Notes under the pieces: generated by a model
Told to the model about the DNA's origin: nothing
Databases searched by the model: none
What the model saw: the letters and a program-made list of their open reading frames with translations, nothing else
Source of the DNA: Fidelibacterota bacterium
Lineage (GTDB): Bacteria; Fidelibacterota; Fidelibacteria; Fidelibacterales; DSDE01
Direction: 5' to 3'
DNA: 64,000 bases
Assembly (NCBI GenBank): GCA_046735395.1
Contig: JBJKQR010000062.1
Location: 1 to 64,000, forward strand
Shown: in pieces, positions 53,485 to 61,219 of the stretch
Numbering within the stretch: the stretch's first letter is position 1
Layout of the letters: each line of letters begins with the position of its first letter
Translations under genes and position numbers: made by a program

Positions 53485-55274
53485 TATTTTCCACATCCTT
53501 CTGATTTACATATTTCAACGAGTTTATCATAAATCTGTTCCACCGTAAAGGGAGACCCGCCGCTGATGGAGTAGGGCGTGATCTTGGTCCCGTAGTCACC
53601 GAAACGGATAAAACCGCGCAGATAACGTCTGAACGGACCAGCATAGGCAACTTCAGCGATGAGAACATGTTTTTTAGTCTTCATGAATTTCTCAAAAGGT
53701 TTGGTGAGGAAGGGGAGAATGAGCTGGGGCACGATAGCGGCCACATTGTAGCCATTTGCATTGGCCTTCTCCACGGCTTCCTTGACGGCACCCTTGCTGG
53801 ATCCCCAGGCAATCACTCCGATGGGTGCGTCATCCGGCCCGTATGTTCTGACGAACTCGAATTCTTCCTTGATGAGATCGTGCTTGGCAAAGCGTTTCAC
53901 ATTCATCTTCTCATGAATGTCCACGTCAGAGGTCGGCCAGCCGATTTCCGAATGTTCAATTCCGGCCGCCTGGTATTCACCGCCCTCGATACCGGGTTTG
54001 GTGATAGGTGAAATTCCGCTTTCGCTGTAACGGAAGCGCTTGTATTCCTTCAGTTCCTCGGCGGTGGGAAGCAGTCTTTCATTCACCTTCTTGAAACCGT
54101 ATTCAAGGTTTTTGAACCGGTCCGGATTGATGGATTCCTTCCGCTGCCCGATAAAACTGTCGGACAGGAGGATAACCGGGATCTGGTATTTCTCGGCAAT
54201 GTAGAAACTCAGAACGGTTGTATCGAAGCAATCCTCCACGTCGGAGGGAGCGATGACGACTCTCGGTGAATCACCATGGCTTCCCCAAATTGCCTGCATC
54301 AGGTCGGCCTGTTCGGTCTTCGTGGGAATTCCGGTGGAAGGCCCCACACGCTGAACATTCACAACGACGATGGGCAGTTCGGCAATGGAAGCCAGGCCGA
54401 TACTTTCGTTCATCAGGGAAATTCCCGGTCCCGACGTTGCGGTCATCGCCTTGGCACCCCCGAAGGATGCACCGACGATGGCGTTGATGGAAGCCAGTTC
54501 GTCCTCCATCTGCATGAAGACGCCGCCGTACTTGGGCATTTCCTTGGACAGCCACTGCATGACTTCCGAAGACGGTGTGATGGGATAGCCGGCAAAGTAA
54601 TTGATCCCGGAATAGAGCGCCCCGAAGGCGATGGCCTCATTTCCTTCCATGATCAGCTGAGCTTTGGCTTTCTTGTATTCGAAGGTAATATGATCCGTCT
54701 TTTTCAGATTATCGCGTACATAATCCGCACCGGCATGCACGGCCGTCAGATTGCTCTCTATGACTTCCGATTTCTTGGATGCGAAGCGTTTCTTGATGGA
54801 TTTGGCAAGCGCGTCATCCGGCAGTTTGAAAAGTTCGGATACAGCTCCCAGCATGACGATATTCTTTGCGAGAAGCGATCCGGCACTGTTCTTGGCGATT
54901 TCACCAAAGGGAATTTTATACCAGGCTTCCACATTCTTCATATCCAGCGGGATATCCTCTTCAGGAAATTTATCTTCAGAATCACTGACGATCACCAGAT
55001 TCTTCTTGAACATCATTTCGCCCTGGAAACGCAGAAAATCCTTCCAGCTCAGTACGACGAGCACATCAATTCTGTCACCCTGTGTCGCAATGGGGTTCTG
55101 GCTGATTCGCGTACGAACCGAACTTTCCCCGCCCCGGATCTGTGGACCGAAACTTTTCAGCATAAAGGTAAAAAGTCCGTCACTTGCCGCAGCATTGATT
55201 AAAATTTCCCCGGCCGAGATGATCCCGTCACCTCCGGAGCCGGCGATACCGATTACGATGTCATTTTGTCCCAT
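53484..55274 (-). CDS. korA: 2-oxoacid:ferredoxin oxidoreductase alpha subunit (gamma-alpha fusion)
   Basis: GSGGDG, QIRGG, GYPITPS, QMEDE, TSGPG, QRVGPSTGIPT. Confidence 0.9.
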   Translation of the reverse strand: MGQNDIVIGIAGSGGDGIISAGEILINAAASDGLFTFMLKSFGPQIRGGESSVRTRISQNPIATQGDRIDVLVVLSWKDFLRFQGEMMFKKNLVIVSDSEDKFPEEDIPLDMKNVEAWYKIPFGEIAKNSAGSLLAKNIVMLGAVSELFKLPDDALAKSIKKRFASKKSEVIESNLTAVHAGADYVRDNLKKTDHITFEYKKAKAQLIMEGNEAIAFGALYSGINYFAGYPITPSSEVMQWLSKEMPKYGGVFMQMEDELASINAIVGASFGGAKAMTATSGPGISLMNESIGLASIAELPIVVVNVQRVGPSTGIPTKTEQADLMQAIWGSHGDSPRVVIAPSDVEDCFDTTVLSFYIAEKYQIPVILLSDSFIGQRKESINPDRFKNLEYGFKKVNERLLPTAEELKEYKRFRYSESGISPITKPGIEGGEYQAAGIEHSEIGWPTSDVDIHEKMNVKRFAKHDLIKEEFEFVRTYGPDDAPIGVIAWGSSKGAVKEAVEKANANGYNVAAIVPQLILPFLTKPFEKFMKTKKHVLIAEVAYAGPFRRYLRGFIRFGDYGTKITPYSISGGSPFTVEQIYDKLVEICKSEGCGK

Positions 55275-55514
55275 TGAAATAATTCCTCCCGGGATGGTTT
55301 AATTATGTTATATGAATTAAGGGTTAAACGGTCATTATAGGTATATTAATTAGTCTAACAAAAGCAAGAATCGTGATACGAATTAAAGAGATATTTCGGA
55401 AGCAGTTCACGGCCTGCGGCCCTTTTATTAATAGCATGAAGTTACCAGAATGAAAACTCTATGTCAACATCTTATAGCCCCGGTGTGAGATTTCCAGCTC
55501 AATATTTAGGGGGT

Positions 55515-55547
55515 AAAAAAAACGGCAACTATTGGAAGCTGCCGTTT
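55515..55547 (-). terminator. Intrinsic terminator after tonB
   Basis: Minus strand AAACGGCAGCT-TCCAAT-AGTTGCCGTTT followed by a T-run. Confidence 0.75.
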
Positions 55548-55571
55548 GAGTATTCTTATTTTCAGAGTGCA

Positions 55572-56222
55572 TTACTTGAGTTTAAAAACGATGGGGATAG
55601 CAATCCAGACCCCCACGCTGCGGTCTCTCTGCTTGGCCGGTTTGAATTTCGTTTTCCGGATGGCATTGATCGCGGCTTCATCAAGTCCCGTATTTGCCAT
55701 ACCTTTCATAACCACCCAGTCCGTTACCACGCCACTTTCATTAACGAACGCCTGAACGATGACTGTTCCCTCAATCTGCGCTTCGCGGGCGATATCAGGA
55801 TATACCACGTTTTTCATAATGGCTGCATTTCCGCCGATAGGCTGGGGAGCCTCATCATAGGGAATGAATTTCACCCGGGGGCCGCTGTTATCATCCTTTT
55901 CAGGAGGAGGCGGCGCATCGGCAGCTGTATAGGTATCAAATTCAAAACCTTCCCATTCCACATCGTCCGCAACTTCCTCGCTTTCGGACATGACCGGAAC
56001 GGTGGGGCGCTGGGGTGGGGCAGCCTGCTGTACTTTTTCGGTAACCGGAACGTCGACGGTTTCCACCATAATGTCCGGGCCCTGAAGTTCAGTGGCTTTA
56101 AACTGAATTTTCGGCACAAAATACAGAGTGGCAACGATAATCAGCATCACCAGTACCGATGATACTTCAGCCACAAAGGGAGATCGTTTTTTCAACTGGT
56201 CATATTTACTGAGTTGCGTCAT
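55572..56222 (-). CDS. tonB: Energy transducer TonB
   Basis: TM anchor, Pro-rich linker, YPDIAREAQIEGTV..FKPAKQ. Confidence 0.9.
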   Translation of the reverse strand: MTQLSKYDQLKKRSPFVAEVSSVLVMLIIVATLYFVPKIQFKATELQGPDIMVETVDVPVTEKVQQAAPPQRPTVPVMSESEEVADDVEWEGFEFDTYTAADAPPPPEKDDNSGPRVKFIPYDEAPQPIGGNAAIMKNVVYPDIAREAQIEGTVIVQAFVNESGVVTDWVVMKGMANTGLDEAAINAIRKTKFKPAKQRDRSVGVWIAIPIVFKLK

Positions 56223-56231
56223 AATCCCTCC

Positions 56232-56642
56232 TTAGTTCACGGCTGTCGTGGCTGAATAGTTCAGCTTCAATGCATCCGCTTCGCGCAGTTCATTATGCAG
56301 TGAATTGATCACTTTCATGGCCACATTCTTATCAGCTCTCAGAGAAATAACAAGCTGGGGATCTGCAGCTCTCAATCCGTAGGCAACATCTCTGACTTTA
56401 TTCACCGGAACCATTTTGTCCTGAATGGACACAACGCCGTCCTTACTGACCCACAGAAAGGCAACGTGCCGCTTCGTATCGACCTTGGAGATTTCCTTTG
56501 CCGACGGCAACGTAACGTCCAGTCCATCGTATTGTCTCAATACCGTTGTCATCATGAAAAAGATGAGCAGCATGAAAATGATATCAGGCATGGATGCGGT
56601 GGAAATACCGCCCTGAACTTTATTTTTTCTCTCAAGTTTCAT
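56232..56642 (-). CDS. exbD: ExbD/TolR family protein
   Basis: STASMPDIIFMLLIFFM and LRADK. Confidence 0.9.
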   Translation of the reverse strand: MKLERKNKVQGGISTASMPDIIFMLLIFFMMTTVLRQYDGLDVTLPSAKEISKVDTKRHVAFLWVSKDGVVSIQDKMVPVNKVRDVAYGLRAADPQLVISLRADKNVAMKVINSLHNELREADALKLNYSATTAVN

Positions 56643-56653
56643 CTATCTCACCT

Positions 56654-57058
56654 CTATTCCCCGGTTGCAACGGATGTTCGCTGCAGGGCATTGGCTTTCT
56701 TCAGCTGATCAATGACTGAAACATAGACCTGATATTTGGTCTGATTATCCGTCTGCACCGAGAAGATCATTTTATCATTCTGCTGAAGCAGCTGTTTCGC
56801 CCGGCGGGACACATCACTGACGGGAATGACTTCATCATTGAAGAGAACGCGTCCGGCAGCATCTACAAGCACGTTGGTAATCTTGTCCTTGCTCACCGTA
56901 AAATCGCTGCCCTTTCCGGGAAGCACCAATCCGATTCCCTTATCCTGATCAACCGTACTCACAAGCAGAAAGAAGACCAGCAGAAGAAAGGCGATATCAG
57001 ACATCGATCCTGAATTGATTTCAGGTGTCGGTCTCCGTTTCTTTTTTCCTAAAAGCAT
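56654..57058 (-). CDS. exbD: ExbD/TolR family protein
   Basis: INSGSMSDIAFLLLVFFL and YQVYVSVIDQL. Confidence 0.9.
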   Translation of the reverse strand: MLLGKKKRRPTPEINSGSMSDIAFLLLVFFLLVSTVDQDKGIGLVLPGKGSDFTVSKDKITNVLVDAAGRVLFNDEVIPVSDVSRRAKQLLQQNDKMIFSVQTDNQTKYQVYVSVIDQLKKANALQRTSVATGE

Positions 57059-57072
57059 AGCTACCCTGCTGG

Positions 57073-57684
57073 TTATTTCACTTTTTGACTGAGGATATCA
57101 ATCAGTTCTACAGAAGATTCTTCCATCGATACGATAATCTTGTCAATTCTGTCCATGAACCAGTTCTGGAACAGGGTCATCATAATGGCCACAACCAGAC
57201 CGAACAGTGTGGTGAGAAGGGCTTCGGAAATACCGCTGGCAACAATGGCCGGCGTCATATCGTTGGCGGCCGCAATGTCATTGAAGGCGGACACCATACC
57301 GGACACCGTTCCGGTGAATCCGAGCATGGGAGCAACGCTGATGACCGTTGACAGCCAGATCTGATTTTTTTCCAGAAACGCCATTTCGAGAGAACCGGCG
57401 GACTGAATGGATTTTTCAACCTTTTCCATACCCTGATCCACGCGGCTCAGCGCTTCGTGGTAGACGGAAGCGACCGGTGAACTGCTGCTGGCAGTAAATT
57501 CCTTGGCTGCAGCAACACCCTCATCCTTCAGGATATTATTGACGCTTTTCAGAAACGTGCGCGTCTGAAGCTCAGCTGTCGTAAGAGAGTAGAAACGTTC
57601 GAATACAATTATCAGTCCCAGGACAAATACACCCAGGATCGGCCACATGAACGGACCACCCTTTAAAAATAAATCAATTAACAT
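57073..57684 (-). CDS. exbB: MotA/TolQ/ExbB proton channel
   Basis: GGPFMWPI, APMLGFTGTVSGM, GISEALLTT. Confidence 0.92.
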   Translation of the reverse strand: MLIDLFLKGGPFMWPILGVFVLGLIIVFERFYSLTTAELQTRTFLKSVNNILKDEGVAAAKEFTASSSSPVASVYHEALSRVDQGMEKVEKSIQSAGSLEMAFLEKNQIWLSTVISVAPMLGFTGTVSGMVSAFNDIAAANDMTPAIVASGISEALLTTLFGLVVAIMMTLFQNWFMDRIDKIIVSMEESSVELIDILSQKVK

Positions 57685-57763
57685 GGATGAGAACCTCCGA
57701 TTTTTTTATTCACTCTTTTATTTTTTTCCATTGCAAAGATTTTAGGTATTATCCGCAAAAAAG

Positions 57764-59383
57764 TCAATCATTTTGATTGCTATTTTGATGGTACATGGCC
57801 ACCAGTTCATGAGCGTTTTTAAGCGCATCCAGAGCCGCCTGAAACTGGTTGTCATCCGTCAGTCTGGCCATGTAAAAGGCATCGTTTCCCCAGAGGGATT
57901 TTGCGATTTCGGAGCGTACCGACATGAGGATATCCGTCTGGTTCTCCTTCAGCTCTTCCAGCTTCAGCTCCGGTTCATATTCCAGGCTGTACTGGTAAAT
58001 CTGCTCCATGATATCCTCAGGAAAATGGTAATCCATCACAAAGTCCCGGGCCTCCGAAAATTTCGGCAGAGTCTCATTGATGTACTTCTGGGCGAATTTG
58101 AAGAAGATCCGGTTGGGGTTGCGATACAGCAGCCGGCTGCTTTCACTCAGGTCGAAGTCCCGTTTAACGATCACATCCGGCGTGATGCCGCCGCCGCCAT
58201 AGACGGTCCGGCCGGCCTTGGTCTTGAATTCGGGACGGTTCTCTTTATCACCGGCTCCGGCAGCAGCGCTGTCCGACTCCGTGTAGATTTCATTGTAATA
58301 TTCCTCGGTACCCTTGTCGTAAGGCCTCTGGATGAGACGTCCGGACGGTGTGTAATACCGTGCAACGGTCACTCTCACAGCAGATCCGTCCTTGAGCGGC
58401 CACTGACGCTGTACCAGTCCCTTCCCGAAGGAGGTTTCACCGACAATCATACCCCGATCCAGATCCTGAATGGCTCCGCTCACGATTTCGGAGGCGCTGG
58501 CGCTTCCCCGGTTGATGAGCACCACAATGGGCAGGTTCTTGTACAGGCCCTTGCCGGTGGCGTGATAGGATTCATTTGAATTTTTTACGCGGCCTTTCGT
58601 GTAAACGATCATATCACCCTTGTCCAGAAATTCATCCAGCATTTCCACGGCCTGGTTCAGATAGCCGCCGCTGTTGAAACGCAGGTCAATGATCAGCGAT
58701 TTCATGCCCTGGGCCTTCAGCTCGGAAAGCGCAGTACTGAATTCTTCCGCTGTCGTTTCGGAAAAGCGGTTGACCAGAACATATCCGGCATCGTCATTTA
58801 CCATGAATTTGGCAAGAACGGAGTAGATGGGAATATCGTCGCGAATGATATCCACTTTGAAGGGTTTGGGAACTCCGGCCCGTTTCACGGTCAGCACCAC
58901 CTTCGATCCTTTTTTCCCACGGAGACGCTTGAAGGTCTGCTCCCGCGTGATGTCCTTGGCGCTGCTGTCATCAATCGCGATAAACTTGTCTCCCGTATGC
59001 AGCCCGGCCCGTTCCGAAGGTGTTCCCACGATGGGAGAGATAACGGTGATGTATCCGTCAATGATATCGAATTCGATCCCGATTCCCTGAAAATTTCCCT
59101 GAAATTCCTCAGTAATATTTTTCAGCTGATCCTTGTCGATGTAAATGGAGTGAGGATCCAGTTCGCCCAGAAATCCACGATACAGGCCAGCCATGGCCTT
59201 GTCCCAATCCACATCATCCACATAATATTCATTCACGATGGAAATCATGTCATTCAGAACCGCCAGTTTCAGATAGAGGTCATTGCCCTTCTCGTCCGTT
59301 CCGGAGGATATTTTGGGAGAAATTACGATGGCTGCCACCACCGCAAGTAACAGGAAGGCGGTAAGTATTTTATGTTTTTTCAT
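57764..59383 (-). CDS. Carboxyl-terminal processing protease (S41A, with PDZ domain)
   Basis: LDPHS, FQGIGI, DLRFNSGG, SASASEIV, SFGKGLVQ, YYTPSGR. Start may be 59383, 59389 or 59407. Confidence 0.93.
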   Translation of the reverse strand: MKKHKILTAFLLLAVVAAIVISPKISSGTDEKGNDLYLKLAVLNDMISIVNEYYVDDVDWDKAMAGLYRGFLGELDPHSIYIDKDQLKNITEEFQGNFQGIGIEFDIIDGYITVISPIVGTPSERAGLHTGDKFIAIDDSSAKDITREQTFKRLRGKKGSKVVLTVKRAGVPKPFKVDIIRDDIPIYSVLAKFMVNDDAGYVLVNRFSETTAEEFSTALSELKAQGMKSLIIDLRFNSGGYLNQAVEMLDEFLDKGDMIVYTKGRVKNSNESYHATGKGLYKNLPIVVLINRGSASASEIVSGAIQDLDRGMIVGETSFGKGLVQRQWPLKDGSAVRVTVARYYTPSGRLIQRPYDKGTEEYYNEIYTESDSAAAGAGDKENRPEFKTKAGRTVYGGGGITPDVIVKRDFDLSESSRLLYRNPNRIFFKFAQKYINETLPKFSEARDFVMDYHFPEDIMEQIYQYSLEYEPELKLEELKENQTDILMSVRSEIAKSLWGNDAFYMARLTDDNQFQAALDALKNAHELVAMYHQNSNQND

Positions 59384-59600
59384 TATCATTCCTATCTTCG
59401 TTTTCATTTACCGGGTCACCACCACGCTTTTATTCAGTAAAATTACGATTTAATTCAATAAAAGTTCAAAGATTTCTTTCCGGTCGGGCCGCGCCGCATC
59501 ATAATCCGGGAACCGAAGTCGCACAAGCATTGAAAATACTCAGATAATACTGCAATGATGAAATGATGATGCAGGGCTTATATTCTGAAATGATTGCGTC

Positions 59601-60308
59601 TCAGAGACCGAAATATATGAATACCTGCGCAAAGGGTGAAACGAGGGTCATGAGTCCGCCGCCAGGCGAATTTGAGACCGTATAATAGTCATCGACCTTC
59701 CAGGCTGTGGGCGGAATCAGGGCAATATGAGCACCGGCATTGAAGCGCAGTCCGCCCCGGCGCATGAACTGCCATAACCAGGAAATTTCCGGCAGAAAGG
59801 TCGGCGCGCTTTTCGCTGTAAGCCGCGCCCCGAATTCGGGTTTTGCAAAAATGGCGGCCCAGTCATTATTATGGCGGTTTCTCAGATATTTATAGCTGTA
59901 ATTGGAAATTCCCGCACTTAGATTCAGCGCGAACTGGCCGTGGGCGGATACGGGGAACACATATTCCACAAAGAGCAGTGACGATGACAGGGACATCTGC
60001 GAATACATGACTGAATCCGTGGAGGCAATATTTTCCGAACGCTGTTTTTTCCCGGCCAGAACCGAAGCCCCAAGTCGCCAGTGGTCACTGATGGTACCCC
60101 AGCCCTGCACGCCGTGCAGATAGGTATTTCCGCTGAAGTCAATTCCTTCCGGAGTCTGGGGCAGATCAATCGAAGGAAGCGAAACCCATGTGGGCGTATA
60201 TCCGATGCCGCCCCCGTAGAAGGCATCAAAATAATCCGTCTGCATCTGTGCAGCCACCGGCAGCGCCGCCAGGCAAAGGCCGAAGAGTATTCGTTTCAAA
60301 AGGCGCAA
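59601..60308 (-). CDS. Putative outer-membrane beta-barrel protein
   Basis: Signal peptide, amphipathic strands, C-terminus FAQVFIYFGL; paralog of the adjacent gene. Confidence 0.6.
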   Translation of the reverse strand: MRLLKRILFGLCLAALPVAAQMQTDYFDAFYGGGIGYTPTWVSLPSIDLPQTPEGIDFSGNTYLHGVQGWGTISDHWRLGASVLAGKKQRSENIASTDSVMYSQMSLSSSLLFVEYVFPVSAHGQFALNLSAGISNYSYKYLRNRHNNDWAAIFAKPEFGARLTAKSAPTFLPEISWLWQFMRRGGLRFNAGAHIALIPPTAWKVDDYYTVSNSPGGGLMTLVSPFAQVFIYFGL

Positions 60309-60336
60309 GGAAACCTCCGCTGTTTCAGGGTATTAC

Positions 60337-61062
60337 TCAGAAGCCCAGCATCACCGACGCATTCAGATAGGGTGAAATCAGACGTATATCATCCGGCGCG
60401 GCAACGGGAATGAATCCATTGACCGTCCACGCGGATTGAGACAGCTGGCTGAAATGAAAGCCACTGACAAGCCTGACCTGAAAACGGTCCAGAATCTGCA
60501 GCTGCATGGACAGGCTCAGTCTCATAAAAAACTGCGGGGCTGATAACAGACTGTTCTGTGTCATGACCGTGTTCCGTCCGTCCAGAAACGCGTCCCAATC
60601 AGGACTTTTCACGATCTTCATATATTCGACCTTGTAGGAGTTCAGGCCGAATGTAGTTCCGAAACCGATAGTCATATTGTAGTCGACCGGCGCCGCATAT
60701 TCAATCGTCAGGCCGGTGGAGGCCATCACCGTCGCGGCCATGAGATTCGTATCCTGCAGAGACTCATTCACTTCATACCGTCCGCTCTGAAAATTTGCGC
60801 CCAGGCGCCAGGTATCACTGAAATGAACATAGCCTTCCATACCCTGCAGAACCAGCGGTTCATAATACAGATCCCGGGGATCGCTGCCGTAATCCAGCCG
60901 GATCTCAGGCATGGCGTCCCAGGTACTGTTGGTGAAATACATCATCAGCGCACTGTATCCCACGCCCCCCCGGGCAGTGTCAGAAGCCTGTCCGCGGAGA
61001 CTCGCGGCTGCCATACTGATGATGATGAAAAAGAGGGTTGAATAATTCCTAAAACGCTGCAT
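60337..61062 (-). CDS. Putative outer-membrane beta-barrel protein
   Basis: Signal peptide, C-terminus YLNASVMLGF; shares GG(I/V)GY and SDxWRLGA with its neighbour. Confidence 0.6.
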   Translation of the reverse strand: MQRFRNYSTLFFIIISMAAASLRGQASDTARGGVGYSALMMYFTNSTWDAMPEIRLDYGSDPRDLYYEPLVLQGMEGYVHFSDTWRLGANFQSGRYEVNESLQDTNLMAATVMASTGLTIEYAAPVDYNMTIGFGTTFGLNSYKVEYMKIVKSPDWDAFLDGRNTVMTQNSLLSAPQFFMRLSLSMQLQILDRFQVRLVSGFHFSQLSQSAWTVNGFIPVAAPDDIRLISPYLNASVMLGF

Positions 61063-61219
61063 AACTATTGCTTATCGACGATCTTTTAATTCATTACTTT
61101 AAATATACCCGCTAAATTCCTTTAATACAACAGCATTTTTGCTTCGGAACTTGCTTTTTCCTTGATTTTCACTGTCCGTAAATCTAAATTCAAAAAACTT
61201 GAATCGGCAGGAAAATTTT

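Noticed and set aside
55275..55570. tRNA or ncRNA in the larger intergenic gaps (also 16229-16501 and 59410-59600)
   Set aside because: No cloverleaf or T-loop pattern seen; these are AT-rich promoter and terminator regions. An Infernal/Rfam scan would be decisive.
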